The notes: generated by a model not told the origin, from the letters alone. DNA of 64,000 bases from an uncultured Spirochaetia bacterium (GCA_964618635.1 CAZUDM010000004.1:10739-74738); one strand, 5' to 3'. Positions 1 to 11,026 are shown, counted from the first letter of the stretch. Numbers and translations are program-made.

Positions 1-545
1 AGTGTCCGTACGTCGAAGAAAGTCTGCACGAGGACAGAGAGCGAGCCGTATTCCTTTCCTCCCGGCGGGGAGGATATCCTCTCCCCTACTTCGAGCTGGA
101 GCATGAGGACGAGGGTGGAAAATATGTCCCTGTTCCGAAGAAGCTTTACTAGGATCGGAGATGAGACGCTGTAGGGCAGGTTCGAGACGACCTTCATCCT
201 TCGGCCTCTGTATAGCGCCGCGAAGTCGACCTCGAGCGCGTCGCCGAATACGAGCTCGACGTTGGGTTTCTGCGTCAGAACCTCTCTCAGCCTTTCGGCG
301 AGCCGCATGTCTTTTTCGACGGCGACGACGCGCGCGGCCTTTTCGGCGAGCGAGAACGTGAGCGCACCGAGCCCGGGGCCTATTTCTAGGACCTCGTCTT
401 CGGACGTTATACCGGCTTCGGATACGATGCGGTCTATCACCCTCTTGTCGGTGATGAAGTTCTGCCCGAGGCTTTTACTCGGCCGTGCGTTCTCGGCAGA
501 GAAATAATCCCTGGGTTTAAATTCGCTTCTTTTTTCTTCGGTCAT
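1..545 (-). CDS. rsmA: 16S rRNA (adenine1518/1519-N6)-dimethyltransferase RsmA/KsgA, 5' part; gene runs off the window start
   Basis: Reverse-strand translation from ATG at 545 gives MTEEKRSEFKPRDYF...SKSLGQNFITDKRVIDRIV...LEIGPGLGALT...LPYSVSSPIL...LQLEVGERI. These are KsgA SAM-binding and LPY motifs. It is absent from the ORF track, presumably because it is truncated by the window edge. Confidence 0.8.
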   Translation of the reverse strand, partial: MTEEKRSEFKPRDYFSAENARPSKSLGQNFITDKRVIDRIVSEAGITSEDEVLEIGPGLGALTFSLAEKAARVVAVEKDMRLAERLREVLTQKPNVELVFGDALEVDFAALYRGRRMKVVSNLPYSVSSPILVKLLRNRDIFSTLVLMLQLEVGERISSPPGGKEYGSLSVLVQTFFDVRT

Positions 546-629
546 TTTTCCTTCGGGGCAATACGCGGACGCGCTCAGCATCCATCAGCGGTGCAGCCCC
601 TGACCGACGACTGGAGCGCCCTTCTCCGC

Positions 630-2765
630 CTAGCTTCCGAGCTCTTTTAAGGGGACGTCCTCGAAATGGGTGACCTTATTCTTACCGTGGTTCTTGGATT
701 CGTAAAGGGCGCGGTCGGCCTTGGCGATGAGGGAGTCCTTGTCTCCCGCGGAGACGGGATAAGTGGATATGCCGATGCTGAGCGAAATTTCGATTTCCCT
801 GTCGTTCGATTTCAGCGGGACCCTGAAGAGGTTGTTCCGTATTTTCTCCGCTACCGCCAGCGCGCCGTCTTTGTCTGTGTTGGGAAGTATGACTGCGAAC
901 TCGTCGCCGCCGTATCTCGCGGGTATGTCGATTTTACGGAGCGAGTTTGCAAGCACGGCTCCGACCGAGCTCAGGACCCTGTCGCCCGCCTGGTGCCCGA
1001 ACGTGTCGTTTATCGTCTTCAGGTTGTCGAGGTCTATAAGGAGAAGCGAGGCGCGTGCGGAGTACCTGTCGGAATGGGATATCGTGTAGGAGAGCATCTC
1101 CTGGAAGTGTCTGTGGTTGTAGAGCCCGGTGAGACCGTCCCTTGTGGCGAGCTCTTTTACCTTCTGGAAGTTGAGCGAGGCCGTCATCGACTTGGCCGAT
1201 TCGTTGCATATGATCTTGGCGAGGCTTATCTCGCCTTCGTTGAACGGACTCCGGGATTTCCGCCCGATGACGACGCAGCCGAGTACCCTGCGCTCCTCCT
1301 CTCCCTGGTCGTGCGCCAGCTCGTGGAACGGGCATATAAGCACGGACTTCAGATTCTTGACGCCGAGGCCGAAGTCGATCTCCTTTCCGAATATGCTCTT
1401 GTACCGGGACCTGGAGGAAAGGTCTTCGAAATGAAACGCCCCGCCGGTACTCGTGACGAGGCCGACGAGTGTGTCGCCGTGGGGGACGTCGAGGTCTTCC
1501 AGGTGCTCCTTCATGCCGTCGCTCGTTCTCCTGAGGCGGCTTACGCCGTTTTCCTTCTCGACGATGGATATCCCGACGAAATCGGATTCGTATATCCTTC
1601 CGAAGGTGTCGACGACGTGGTCGAGTATGACCTCGATGTCGCTCGTGGAGCTCAGCCTCTGTGTGAAATCGTAAAAGGAGTTAAGCTCCTGCGAGCTGAG
1701 GTAAACCTTTTCGGAGAGCTGGAACCTGTCTATCATCTCGACTATTCTGTCTGAAACCAGCGAGACTATCATCTTCTCCTTGTCGCCGAAAACGTCCTGG
1801 TGGAGGCTGTCGATTACGAGGAGGCCGAAGACCTCCTTCCCGGACTCACCGGAATTCTTACCGGCTTTCAGAAGAAGAGGCGTCGCGAGAAGGGACTTCA
1901 CCGGGACGCTTTGATTATAGTAGAGAAGATTTTTCCGGACGTTCTTTATGCTCGTTATGAGGACCTGGGTTTTAGTCTTGAGGACCCAGCCGAGATAGCC
2001 GCCCCTGAAGTTGAGCTTCTGGCCGCTGTCGACATAATCCCCGCTTTTGGAGACGAAGTCGGCGATGCCGAAGAGCCCGTCTTCCATTTTGAGGTAGAGA
2101 ATTATGCTGTGACCGGGCACGAGCTCGCTCAAGATTTTTAGCGAATTCCTTATTTCGTTCCTGAGCTCGAGCATGCCGAGGGAATCGCCGCCGGCTTCTC
2201 TCGCAGGGGCGCCCGAGATAGCTCCCGGAAGTATGATGTCGTCGTTTTTCTTTTTCCTGAGAAATCCCGGGGCGAAACGCTCGCCGCCGCCTTTCAGAAG
2301 GAGCCCGAACACGGCCGCCGAAACGAACAGGAGAAAGAGCTCGACGGGAAGAGACGGGCCGGGACGCTGAACGGCTTGCAGCATGGCGACTGCGAAGAAT
2401 GACAGCATGCCCGCCTCCCATCCGAAATAAAGTATTACGAGAGGCACCATAATATAGGAGAGCGGGAAGAAAGCGTTGCCGAATATTTCGAGGAGCACTT
2501 CGAAAACGAGTGTGAAGAGGAGGGCGAATTCGAGACGGTCCTGAACGGGGATTTCGCTCCGGCCGGAGTTTATGAAATTAATGGTTTTGTAAGCCGCCGC
2601 CGGTATGAGAAGAAGGAATGCGAGGATCGAGAAGGCATTCAGGGACTGGAGACTATTCTTCAGCAGGAGCACGACTATCAGCACCGAGAGGAGCAGCGTG
2701 AATACCTTGCCGAGAAGGTAGTTCGAATACGTTATCTTATTCTTCAAATCGATAGATTTTTTCAC
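630..2765 (-). CDS. Membrane-anchored GAF-GGDEF diguanylate cyclase
   Basis: 711 aa. N-terminal multi-TM region, central GAF-like region, and C-terminal GGDEF domain (LTGLYNHRHF...RYGGDEFAVILP). Confidence 0.85.
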   Translation of the reverse strand: MKKSIDLKNKITYSNYLLGKVFTLLLSVLIVVLLLKNSLQSLNAFSILAFLLLIPAAAYKTINFINSGRSEIPVQDRLEFALLFTLVFEVLLEIFGNAFFPLSYIMVPLVILYFGWEAGMLSFFAVAMLQAVQRPGPSLPVELFLLFVSAAVFGLLLKGGGERFAPGFLRKKKNDDIILPGAISGAPAREAGGDSLGMLELRNEIRNSLKILSELVPGHSIILYLKMEDGLFGIADFVSKSGDYVDSGQKLNFRGGYLGWVLKTKTQVLITSIKNVRKNLLYYNQSVPVKSLLATPLLLKAGKNSGESGKEVFGLLVIDSLHQDVFGDKEKMIVSLVSDRIVEMIDRFQLSEKVYLSSQELNSFYDFTQRLSSTSDIEVILDHVVDTFGRIYESDFVGISIVEKENGVSRLRRTSDGMKEHLEDLDVPHGDTLVGLVTSTGGAFHFEDLSSRSRYKSIFGKEIDFGLGVKNLKSVLICPFHELAHDQGEEERRVLGCVVIGRKSRSPFNEGEISLAKIICNESAKSMTASLNFQKVKELATRDGLTGLYNHRHFQEMLSYTISHSDRYSARASLLLIDLDNLKTINDTFGHQAGDRVLSSVGAVLANSLRKIDIPARYGGDEFAVILPNTDKDGALAVAEKIRNNLFRVPLKSNDREIEISLSIGISTYPVSAGDKDSLIAKADRALYESKNHGKNKVTHFEDVPLKELGS

Positions 2766-3006
2766 CGGTTTTTATCATCCCCAGCTCGTCCCGTATTATT
2801 TTTTCCATGTAAGCCTTGTCCGTTTTTATAAGCTCTATTTTTTTCCTGAGCTCGTCGTTGGTCTTTTGCAATTCCTCGCCCTGCGTTTTTACCCTTTCGT
2901 TTTCCTGGTGAAGCGCGTAGACGTGGGAAACTTCCCTCGCGAAGAGATAGACGACGAGGGAGACCGCGGCCAAAACGAGAATTATCCTGAATGCGTGCTT
3001 TTCCAT
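2737..3006 (-). CDS. ftsB: Septum formation initiator FtsB/DivIC family
   Basis: 89 aa. N-terminal TM helix, coiled coil, and the hallmark C-terminus IRDELGMIKTGEKIYRFEE. Its 3' end overlaps the GGDEF gene start by 29 nt. Confidence 0.75.
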   Translation of the reverse strand: MEKHAFRIILVLAAVSLVVYLFAREVSHVYALHQENERVKTQGEELQKTNDELRKKIELIKTDKAYMEKIIRDELGMIKTGEKIYRFEE

Positions 3007-3007
3007 T

Positions 3008-3655
3008 TCAGAAGAAACTGAACCCTCCGGTGATAAAGGGGTTTGACTTCTTCTCTATTCCTATTGTCGTCGCAGGGCCGTGCCCGGGATAGACCTTGTA
3101 GGAATCGGGGAGCGGCATGAGCTTCGATTTTATCGACCCGACGAGCTCGGCCATCGAGGTGCCGCCTGTAAGGTCGACCCTCCCTACGCTGCCCGCGAAA
3201 AGCGTATCGCCGGAGATCACGACGTCGCCTATGACGAGGCATATGCTGCCCCAAGTGTGCCCCGGTGTGTGCAGGACTTTCGCCCGGAGGCTGCCTATTT
3301 CGACCTCGTCGCCCTCTTCGAAGTAGCCTTCGACCTCGGGGACTTCTACATTGCCGAACTGCGGGAACCTCCTTGCGGCCTCGGGGAGGGCCCTTAAAAC
3401 GGGCACTTCCTCGGGGTGTATATAGAAGCCGACCTCAAGCGCTTTCTTGGCGACTTCGGCGCCGGCGACGTGGTCTATGTGGGTATGTGTATTCACTATT
3501 TTAGTTATTTTCAGCCTCGATTTTTTAACCTCATCGAGTATGTCGTCTATCTGCTCGCCCGGGTCTATGAGTATTCCCTCGTTCGTTTTCTCGTCGCCGA
3601 GTATGTAGCAGTTCGTGAGAAAAATACCGCCCGGTATACATCTTAATATCATATC
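3008..3655 (-). CDS. MBL-fold metallo-hydrolase (glyoxalase II-like)
   Basis: HTHIDH metal-binding motif, plus HTPGHT and GDTLF motifs. The track ORF extends to 3769, but the likely start is MILRCIPGG, so that it does not overlap the upstream acylphosphatase. Confidence 0.75.
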   Translation of the reverse strand, partial: DMILRCIPGGIFLTNCYILGDEKTNEGILIDPGEQIDDILDEVKKSRLKITKIVNTHTHIDHVAGAEVAKKALEVGFYIHPEEVPVLRALPEAARRFPQFGNVEVPEVEGYFEEGDEVEIGSLRAKVLHTPGHTWGSICLVIGDVVISGDTLFAGSVGRVDLTGGTSMAELVGSIKSKLMPLPDSYKVYPGHGPATTIGIEKKSNPFITGGFSFF

Positions 3656-3675
3656 GTTACACTCTTTCTCCGAAG

Positions 3676-3951
3676 TCAGTCTATGGTGAAATGCGTAAAC
3701 TCGCCCGTAGCCCCGGACCTCGATACCTCGACGGCTGCCACCCTCGCCCGGGGCGGCCCTTCGTAGCACCAGCTTACGAATTTTTCGACCATGTCCGTAT
3801 CTCCCTCGGCCACCGCTTCGACGGCGCCGTCGGGGTTGTTCCTCACCCAGCCGGTGAGCCCGAGCTCTTCCGCCTTGCGCCTGGCCTCGGCCCTGAAGAA
3901 TACCCCCTGGACCCTGCCTTTAATGATAACGTGCGCTCTTGCCAATGACAT
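3676..3951 (-). CDS. acyP: Acylphosphatase
   Basis: 91 aa. VQGVFFR...GLTGWVRN...G...EGD acylphosphatase signature. Confidence 0.85.
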   Translation of the reverse strand: MSLARAHVIIKGRVQGVFFRAEARRKAEELGLTGWVRNNPDGAVEAVAEGDTDMVEKFVSWCYEGPPRARVAAVEVSRSGATGEFTHFTID

Positions 3952-4202
3952 GCCTGAGGCTCAGGTTACCAAAACGCCCTCTGGCTGTCAACAACCCACC
4001 CCGGACCGATAAATTTCGACAAACCAGAGACTTAGAATACAAGCCTTAAAGCGTTTCTTTAATAAAAACACAGTACAACACTTTTAAATAAATTTCCAGT
4101 ACCTTTATTAATAAGAGTGGAAAAAATCGGAATGAAAGGGAATCCCCACCCCCTAAAGCTCCTTGTTTGACAGTCAAAAACCGAAGGGGTATTTTGTTAG
4201 CC

Positions 4203-5537
4203 ATGAGTGAATATAGGGCGTGGTTTGCCTGTATAGACGACGAATGCGGCGAAACCTATTCTCTTGACGAGATAATTTACCGCTGCAGGAAGTGCGGAAA
4301 CCTCCTCGAAGTCCAGCACGACATGGAAAAGCTCAAGGAAAAGTCGGCCGGGGAGTGGAAGGAGCTTTTCGACAACCGCTACAGGAAGCAGTCGTGGCCG
4401 CACGGGAGCTCTGTCTGGGGTAAGAAGGAGTGGGTGTGCCCCTACGTCGAGGACGAAAACGTCGTTTCGATGTATGAGGGCGCGACCAACCTTTTCTGGG
4501 CCGAGAGGTTCGGCTCCCAGATAGGCATGGAAGACATCTGGCTCAAGATGTGCGGAAACAGCCATACCGGCTCGTTCAAGGACCTCGGCATGACCGTTCT
4601 CGTCTCCGTCGTAAAGCAGATGATCGCCGACGGGAAGAAGATACCGGCCGTGGCCTGCGCCTCGACCGGGGATACCTCGGCCGCGCTCGCCGCATACTGC
4701 GCCTCCGCCGGGATACCGGCCATCGTGTTCCTGCCTAAGGATAAGGTGTCAGTCGCGCAGCTCGTGCAGCCGATATCGAACGGGGCGCTCGTCCTGTCGC
4801 TCGATACGGACTTCGACGGATGCATGGAGATGGTGCAGAAGGTCTGCACGCGGAACAACATATACCTTGCCAATTCCATAAACTCCCTCAGGATCGAGGG
4901 GCAGAAGACGATAAGCATAGAGCTCTGCCAGCAGTTCGACTGGGAGGTGCCCGACTGGATAGTGATCCCGGGGGGGAACCTCGGGAATATATCGGCCCTC
5001 GGAAAGGGCTACCTCATGATGCGCGAGCTCGGGCTCATAAACAAGCTGCCCCGCCTCGTGTGCGCCCAGGCCGAGCACGCGAACCCGCTTTATCTCAGCT
5101 ATCTTAAAAATTTCGAAGAGTTTCATCCTGTGAAGGCGCAGAAGACCCTCGCCAACGCCATACAGATCGGAAACCCCGTGAGTGTGAACAAGGCCATAAG
5201 GACGCTCAGGGAATTCGACGGGATAGTGGAGCAGGCGAGCGAGCAGGAGCTTGCCGACGCGGCCGCGCTCGTGGATAAGACGGGAACGTTCAACTGCCCC
5301 CACACGGGCGTTGCGCTGGCGGCATTTTTAAAGCTCAAGGAAAGGAAAGTCTTCAAGAATTCGGACCGTGTGGTTATCGTATCCACGGCGCACGGGTTAA
5401 AATTTGTCGAGTTCAAGATCGGCTATCACATGAGCCAGCTCGAAGGGGTTTTCTCGAAGTATGCGAACAGGCCCGTCGAGCTTCCGCCGGATTACGACGC
5501 GATCACCGAGACGATATTCAAATCCATAGAGAAATAA
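4203..5537 (+). CDS. thrC: Threonine synthase (PLP-dependent)
   Basis: [11 protein letters not shown]-lysine motif and overall TS architecture with an N-terminal Cys-rich region (CRKCGN). Start is taken at MSEYRAW; the track ORF begins at 4167. Confidence 0.85.
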   Translation: MSEYRAWFACIDDECGETYSLDEIIYRCRKCGNLLEVQHDMEKLKEKSAGEWKELFDNRYRKQSWPHGSSVWGKKEWVCPYVEDENVVSMYEGATNLFWAERFGSQIGMEDIWLKMCGNSHTGSFKDLGMTVLVSVVKQMIADGKKIPAVACASTGDTSAALAAYCASAGIPAIVFLPKDKVSVAQLVQPISNGALVLSLDTDFDGCMEMVQKVCTRNNIYLANSINSLRIEGQKTISIELCQQFDWEVPDWIVIPGGNLGNISALGKGYLMMRELGLINKLPRLVCAQAEHANPLYLSYLKNFEEFHPVKAQKTLANAIQIGNPVSVNKAIRTLREFDGIVEQASEQELADAAALVDKTGTFNCPHTGVALAAFLKLKERKVFKNSDRVVIVSTAHGLKFVEFKIGYHMSQLEGVFSKYANRPVELPPDYDAITETIFKSIEK

Positions 5538-5580
5538 CCCGATACCTGAGCGGCCGGGTTCGTTTCATTGGGAAGCTTCC

Positions 5581-6468
5581 TCAGCCCCCGAACCTTACCA
5601 CCATATCTACAAGGAAGTCGACGTTGGCGAAGTTGGTGATTTCGCTGCTGCCGAATGGTATCTGGACGCCCGCGCCGAAGCTGAACATCTGGCCGCCTAC
5701 CCTGACGCCGGGGGTGACGTAGGCCCCCGTGACGTTGCTGTCGAACGTCGTCGAAGACGCGAGGAGAAGCTCCAGAAGAAAAGAAGTCGTGAACGGTACG
5801 CCGAAGTCGGGCGTGATGCTGCCCGTCGCCCCGTATTTAAGGATCAGCTCCGTGCTGTCGCCGCCTGTATTGAAGGGACCGCTGTCGGCCTTCTTCGCGT
5901 TGGTCATTATGTCGAAATCGAGGTTGGCCTGAAATGCGAACATGCTCCCGCTCACGGCGAAGACGGCATAGGGGACGAAGGTGTAGGCGTCGTCGGTGAA
6001 ATAGGCGAAGTCGCGGAAGTAGGAGCGCGCGCCGAGCGCCCCGGGGTCGTTGCCTGTCGTCGGGAGTATGGCCTCGAAGCCGACAGTGAAGACGCTGCTC
6101 CCGGAGGCGTGGAGGGCGTACTTGGTTCCGACGCCTATGTTGCCGAAGTCGTAATCGCCGTCGCCGAAGACGCCGCTGGTTACGCCCGCGAAGGGGAATT
6201 TACCGTAAAAACCCCAGTAATTCTCTGATAAGGCAATGTCGAGCCTGAGCTGGTTCATTATGAGCGCGCCGCCGCCGTCAACGGATGCAATTTCGAGATT
6301 GCCCTTCAGGCCCGTCGAGCTGTATGGGTGCTCCAGGAAGAAGGAATATGGGATGTTTCGGACTGTCGCCGCCCCGACCTCTTTTGCCGGAAGCAGGGCC
6401 ACCGAAAAGATTGCGGTCATTATCGAAAGGGCTAGGAGTACCCCGCGGGGGCGGTTTTTCTGTCTCAT
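5581..6468 (-). CDS. Putative outer-membrane beta-barrel protein (MetA/phenol-degradation-like transporter family)
   Basis: Signal peptide (LLALSIMTAIFSVALLPA) and alternating Gly/aromatic-rich beta-strand pattern. It resembles the second OMP at 19286-20329. Confidence 0.5.
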   Translation of the reverse strand: MRQKNRPRGVLLALSIMTAIFSVALLPAKEVGAATVRNIPYSFFLEHPYSSTGLKGNLEIASVDGGGALIMNQLRLDIALSENYWGFYGKFPFAGVTSGVFGDGDYDFGNIGVGTKYALHASGSSVFTVGFEAILPTTGNDPGALGARSYFRDFAYFTDDAYTFVPYAVFAVSGSMFAFQANLDFDIMTNAKKADSGPFNTGGDSTELILKYGATGSITPDFGVPFTTSFLLELLLASSTTFDSNVTGAYVTPGVRVGGQMFSFGAGVQIPFGSSEITNFANVDFLVDMVVRFGG

Positions 6469-6633
6469 CCAGTCGTACCTCCGGCCGTTTTAGGTTTCAT
6501 TTTATAATAACGGTGCAGACATTTCAAGTAATTTCTAAGATTACTCCGCAATGCGCTTTAATTACATAATATATTCTAAATAGTATGTATTTTTACCGGA
6601 TTCCAGCGGATTTTTAAGGAAGTAGGGGAGTAT

Positions 6634-7326
6634 TTGCCCATTCGGACCCGATTGGATAGATTTCTGGGTATGAAAGTCAGAGGCGGGCTCTACATTATTA
6701 CAGACCGGAAGCTTATACCGAGGGAGCGTTTCGCGGAGACTGTCGAGGCGGCAGTCAGGGGCGGCGCGAGCATACTTCAGCTCAGGGAAAAGGACACGCC
6801 GCGGGATGAAATCGTAGAGATCGGCAAAGAGCTTTTAGTTATAACGAGACGTTACGGGATTCCGCTAATTATCAACGATTCCCCCGAGCTTGCAGCCGAG
6901 ATAGGAGCCGACGGGGTGCATCTGGGTGAGGAGGACGCCGGAATCGCGCACGCGCGGAGCGTGCTCGGGGAAGGCGCGATTATAGGGGTGTCGTGCTACG
7001 GGAAGATAGAAAGGGGGCTTGACGCCCTTGCCGGCGGCGCGGATTATGTCGCCTTCGGGACGCCTTATAATACGCCCACGAAGCCCGGAAGAACGCCGAC
7101 ACCCTTTGAGGTTTTGAGGGAGGCCGCGGCCCGGATAAAGGACATCCCGGTATTCGCGATCGGGGGCATAACGGCGGAGAACGCGGCGGACGTTCTCGAA
7201 ACCGGGGTAGACGGCATAGCCGTCATCACGGGCGTTTTCGGCGCGGCCGACCCGGAAAAGTCCGCGCGCGAGCTCGCCGGTATAGCAAATTCCTATCTCG
7301 AAAAGAAAAAGACCGGCCCGATCTAG
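6634..7326 (+). CDS. thiE: Thiamine-phosphate synthase
   Basis: YIITD...LQLREK...GADGVHLG...IGGI motifs. A TTG start at 6634 is preceded by AGGGGAG; the alternative ATG is at 6670. Its stop overlaps the leuS stop. Confidence 0.85.
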   Translation: MPIRTRLDRFLGMKVRGGLYIITDRKLIPRERFAETVEAAVRGGASILQLREKDTPRDEIVEIGKELLVITRRYGIPLIINDSPELAAEIGADGVHLGEEDAGIAHARSVLGEGAIIGVSCYGKIERGLDALAGGADYVAFGTPYNTPTKPGRTPTPFEVLREAAARIKDIPVFAIGGITAENAADVLETGVDGIAVITGVFGAADPEKSARELAGIANSYLEKKKTGPI

Positions 7327-9809
7327 AGCACTATATTCACGAGCCTCTTCGGAACCACTATGACCTTCCTGGGCTCCTTTCCCGCGAGGAAGCTTTTGAT
7401 TTTCTCGTCGGCGAAAGCGGCCTCTTTCATCTCGTCCTCGCTGGAGTCGGGATTCATAGAAAGCTGGCTCCTGACCTTGCCGTTTACCTGGAGAACTATC
7501 GTTACGGCCGCGCCGGCTACGAGGCTCTCGTCCCACTTGAGCCAGGGCTCGTCGACGAGGGAATCGCCGCAGCCGAGCTCTGCCCAGAGCTCTTCAGTTA
7601 CGTGGGGGGCGATTGGATAGAGAAGCCTTACCATCGCTTCTATAGACTCCCTTAAAACGGAGGTGTCGCCCTCCCCTTCGGGCTCGAAGCGCGACGTGTC
7701 GTTAAGGAGCTCCATCACGGCGGCGATCGCGGTATTGAACTGAAATTTTTCGAGGTCGTCTGTGACCTTTTTTATCGTTTTGTGAACCTTCACGCGTAGC
7801 GCCTTGCCCGGCTCTGAAATGGCGGCGGGGTCGGGCGAGGCTTCGACGTTTTCGATTTTTTCGAACCTGTCGTAAATGAGCCTCCAGAGCCTGCTCAAAA
7901 ATCTGAACGCGCCCTCGATGCCCTCGTCGCTCCAGTCGAGGTCTTTCTGAACAGGGGCCGCGAAGAGCATAAAGACCCTCACAGTATCAGCGCCGAACCT
8001 CGCTATCATGTCGTCCGGGTCGACGACGTTGCCGAGGGACTTCGACATCTTGGCCCCGTCTTTTATGACCATGCCCTGCGTCAGCAGGTTGGAGAAAGGC
8101 TCGTCGAGCCTGCAGAAGCCGAGGTCGCGGAGGGCTTTCGTGAAGAACCTCGCGTAGAGGAGATGAAGTATCGCGTGCTCGATGCCGCCGATGTATTGAT
8201 CGACGGGAAGCCAGTAGTCGACTTCGGACCTGTCGAATATACTCTCGTTGAAATGCGGGGAGGCATACCTCAGAAAATACCACGAGGACTCGACGAAGGT
8301 GTCCATCGTGTCAGTCTCTCGCCGCGCCGCGCCGCCGCACTTCGGGCACGTTGTGTTGACGAAGCTTTCTACCTTCGAAAGCGGCGAGCCGCCCTTACCC
8401 GTGAACTCTATATCGAGAGGGAGCTCGACGGGGAGGTCCTTGTCGGGGACCGGTACGACGCCGCACGTGTCGCAGTAAACCATGGGGATGGGAGCGCCCC
8501 AGTATCTCTGGCGCGAGATGCCCCAGTCTCTCAGCCTGTAATTTATCTGTCTTTTTCCGAAGCCCTTTTCCTCGGCGTATTCGATTATCTTTTGCTTGCC
8601 GTCCTCCGAAGGGAGACCCGTGAACTGTGCGGAGTTGATCATGACGCCCGGCTCTTCGTATGCGGCTGTCATGTCTTCGGCTTTAAGATTCGCCCCTTCG
8701 GGCTCTATGACGGGGACTATGGGTATGCCGTACTCCGCGGCGAACTCGAAATCGCGCTGGTCGTGCGCCGGGACGGACATGATGATGCCTGTACCGTAGG
8801 CGTGGAGGACGAAGTTGGCAATGTAGATCGGCACGCGGGCGCCGTTGAACGGGTTGATTGCGTAGGCACCCGTGAAGACGCCTTCCTTTTTTGCGCCTTC
8901 GGCGATCCTTTCGAGGCTCGTCTGCCGTATGACCCTTTTTATGAATTCCTGCGCCTCTTTTTCCTCTGGCTTACCTTTTATCAGCGCCGCCGCGAGCGGG
9001 TGCTCGGGGGCTATGGCCATGTATGTTACGCCGAAGACGGTGTCGGGGCGCGTCGTAAAAATGCTGAGGCCCTTTTCTCCGCCCGCGGGCTCTTCGAGAG
9101 GGAATTCGATTTCGGCCCCGGTGCTTTTCCCGATCCAGTTCTTCTGCATTGCGAGGACTCTTTCGGGCCAGCCGTCTTTCAGCTTTTCGGCGAATTCCAG
9201 GAGCTCGTCGGAGTATTCCGTGGTTTTAAAGAACCAGCCTTCCATCTCTTTCTGGACGACCTCGGAGCCGCAGCGCCAGCAGTAGCCGTCCTCTACCTGC
9301 TCGTTTGCGAGGACTGTTTCGCACGAGGGGCACCAGTTGACCGTCGTCGATTTCCTGTATGCGAGCCCTTTCTCGTACATGCGCGTGAAGACCATCTGCT
9401 CCCATTTATAGTAGGACGGGTCGCAGGTGGCGATTTCGCGTGTCCAGTCGTAACTGTAGCCGAGCTTTTTGAGCTGTGCCTTCATCTGGGCGATGTTCTC
9501 GTAGGTCCACTTGGCGGGATGGACGCCCCTTTCGATGGCGGCGTTTTCCGCGGGGAGGCCGAATGCGTCCCAGCCGATGGGATGGAGGACGTTGTAGCCC
9601 ATCGTCCTCTTGAAGCGGGCGATGACGTCGCCGATGGTGTAGTTCCGGACGTGGCCCATGTGGATGCGGCCCGAGGGATAGGGGAACATTTCGAGGACGT
9701 AGTACTTGTCCTTCCCCTTTTCGGCGTGGACTTCGTAGAGCCGCTTTTCGGCCCATTCGTCCTGGTGTTTTTTCTCTATTTCGTGTGGCTTATAGCTTTC
9801 TCTCATCAC
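7323..9809 (-). CDS. leuS: Leucine--tRNA ligase
   Basis: 828 aa. HMGH and KMSKS class-I motifs and a LeuS-specific editing domain. Confidence 0.95.
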   Translation of the reverse strand: MMRESYKPHEIEKKHQDEWAEKRLYEVHAEKGKDKYYVLEMFPYPSGRIHMGHVRNYTIGDVIARFKRTMGYNVLHPIGWDAFGLPAENAAIERGVHPAKWTYENIAQMKAQLKKLGYSYDWTREIATCDPSYYKWEQMVFTRMYEKGLAYRKSTTVNWCPSCETVLANEQVEDGYCWRCGSEVVQKEMEGWFFKTTEYSDELLEFAEKLKDGWPERVLAMQKNWIGKSTGAEIEFPLEEPAGGEKGLSIFTTRPDTVFGVTYMAIAPEHPLAAALIKGKPEEKEAQEFIKRVIRQTSLERIAEGAKKEGVFTGAYAINPFNGARVPIYIANFVLHAYGTGIIMSVPAHDQRDFEFAAEYGIPIVPVIEPEGANLKAEDMTAAYEEPGVMINSAQFTGLPSEDGKQKIIEYAEEKGFGKRQINYRLRDWGISRQRYWGAPIPMVYCDTCGVVPVPDKDLPVELPLDIEFTGKGGSPLSKVESFVNTTCPKCGGAARRETDTMDTFVESSWYFLRYASPHFNESIFDRSEVDYWLPVDQYIGGIEHAILHLLYARFFTKALRDLGFCRLDEPFSNLLTQGMVIKDGAKMSKSLGNVVDPDDMIARFGADTVRVFMLFAAPVQKDLDWSDEGIEGAFRFLSRLWRLIYDRFEKIENVEASPDPAAISEPGKALRVKVHKTIKKVTDDLEKFQFNTAIAAVMELLNDTSRFEPEGEGDTSVLRESIEAMVRLLYPIAPHVTEELWAELGCGDSLVDEPWLKWDESLVAGAAVTIVLQVNGKVRSQLSMNPDSSEDEMKEAAFADEKIKSFLAGKEPRKVIVVPKRLVNIVL

Positions 9810-10135
9810 CCGCTCGCTGTCCGGAAGTTCCTATTAGGATAGAATTATTTACCATAATCACAAGCGAAGGACAAAACGATGAGTGATGGGAGGCGGATTC
9901 CGCAATTAGGGCATCCGAAATTGAGAGGGCGGAAATTCAATCTGCATAATGCACAGCGCGACATTTGAATTAAATGTCCCAGCCACATCCGAAAACAGGA
10001 TTTGGTATAGAGTTTCCTGTCGAAGTTTGAGTATGGATTTTTCCCGTCAAACCGTGTTTTATATTAAGGTATCCCCTTTATCCTGTCCTCTACAGCAAGG
10101 CGTGAGAGGGGAATAGAAATCGGGATATATACAGT

Positions 10136-10960
10136 ATGAGCAGAGAGCGCGAATTAAAAGAGATAGCCGGGGATTTGAGGCGGTACTATGAATTCCAGAA
10201 AGATATGGGGGTGAAGAGGGTATTCAGGGAGAGAGGAGAGCGTGCCGCCGAAGAGAATACAGAAAGGAAGTATCCCGGATGGGAGGAAACCATGACGCCG
10301 AAAAAAACAACCGCCAGAGAAGACAGGGGAGCCGCACCGAAAGAGGAGGTAATCAACGTCCCGGAGCAGATGGGGATGTTCGACTCGTCCACGAAGATAA
10401 TGCCGCTCGAAGAGATAAAGAAGGAGCTTCTGGAGAAGATGTCTTCGAGGCTCTTCGAGGGAAGCAGGCAGATCGTTTTCGGCGAGGGGAACCCGAAGGC
10501 GAGGCTCGTATTCGTCGGCGAGGCCCCGGGACGGGACGAAGATATTCAGGGGAGGCCATTCGTCGGAAGGGCCGGGCAGCTCTTAAACAAAATAATCGAA
10601 GCCATGGGGCTTAAGAGGGAGGATGTATATATCTCCAACATCGTGAAGTCGAGGCCGCCCGACAACAGGACTCCTACCCCGGAAGAGATGGCGGAGTGGG
10701 AGCCGTTCCTGTTCCAGGAGTTGAGATCGATAAACCCGGAGGTGGTGGTGTGCCTTGGAAGCACGGCGGCACAGTCGATCCTTAAGACGAAGGCTAGCCT
10801 CGGGAGCCTACGCGGAAAATTTCACCGTTACGGAAAGTTCAAAGTCATGGTAACTTATCATCCAGCCGCGCTTCTCCGGAACCCGAACTTCAAGAAGCCC
10901 CTTTGGGAAGACATGCAGCAGGTCATGAAGGAGCTTGGAATTTCCAGACCGGGCGATTAG
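10136..10960 (+). CDS. udg: Uracil-DNA glycosylase, family 4, with an N-terminal ~90-aa extension
   Basis: GEGNPKARLVFVGEAPG...GRPFVGRAG motifs of family-4 UDG. The stop codon lies inside the tRNA acceptor stem. Confidence 0.85.
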   Translation: MSRERELKEIAGDLRRYYEFQKDMGVKRVFRERGERAAEENTERKYPGWEETMTPKKTTAREDRGAAPKEEVINVPEQMGMFDSSTKIMPLEEIKKELLEKMSSRLFEGSRQIVFGEGNPKARLVFVGEAPGRDEDIQGRPFVGRAGQLLNKIIEAMGLKREDVYISNIVKSRPPDNRTPTPEEMAEWEPFLFQELRSINPEVVVCLGSTAAQSILKTKASLGSLRGKFHRYGKFKVMVTYHPAALLRNPNFKKPLWEDMQQVMKELGISRPGD

Positions 10961-11026
10961 CTCAGTGGATAGAGCGCAGGCCTCCGAAGCCTGAGGTCGG
11001 GGGTTCGAATCCCTCATCGCCCGCCA
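10951..11026 (+). tRNA. tRNA-Arg (anticodon CCG)
   Basis: GGGCGAT acceptor 5' pairing with ATCGCCC; D arm GCTCAGTGGATAGAGC; anticodon stem CAGGC/GCCTG with loop CTCCGAA; T arm GGGGGTTCGAATCCCTC; discriminator G and encoded CCA. Confidence 0.9.

Noticed and set aside
666-1754. Long antisense ORFs inside well-supported genes (e.g. 666-1754 in GGDEF, 8163-9842 in leuS, 19265-20356 in the OMP gene, 50456-51307 in thi4, 59201-60310 in clpA, 33040-34043 in dynamin)
   Set aside because: These are typical high-GC shadow ORFs, with Arg/Ala/Pro-rich composition, no RBS, and the sense-strand genes have clear homology.
6590-6680. Possible TPP riboswitch upstream of thiE (AGGGGAG...ACCCGAUUGGAUAGA resembles the P4/P5 region)
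   Set aside because: It lacks the invariant CUGAGA element, and the putative P5 strands (UUGG/CUGG) are not complementary. The sequence is better explained as the RBS plus TTG start of thiE.
9824-9835. 12-nt exact match to the FRT left arm (GAAGTTCCTATT) in the leuS leader
   Set aside because: There is no inverted right arm or 8-bp spacer, only a half-site. This is likely a chance match and not an FLP/tyrosine-recombinase target.
9904-9930. AATTAGGG resembling the start of a T-box motif near leuS
   Set aside because: It is on the wrong strand for leuS, and the remainder of the T-box consensus (GGUGGNACCGCG) is absent.
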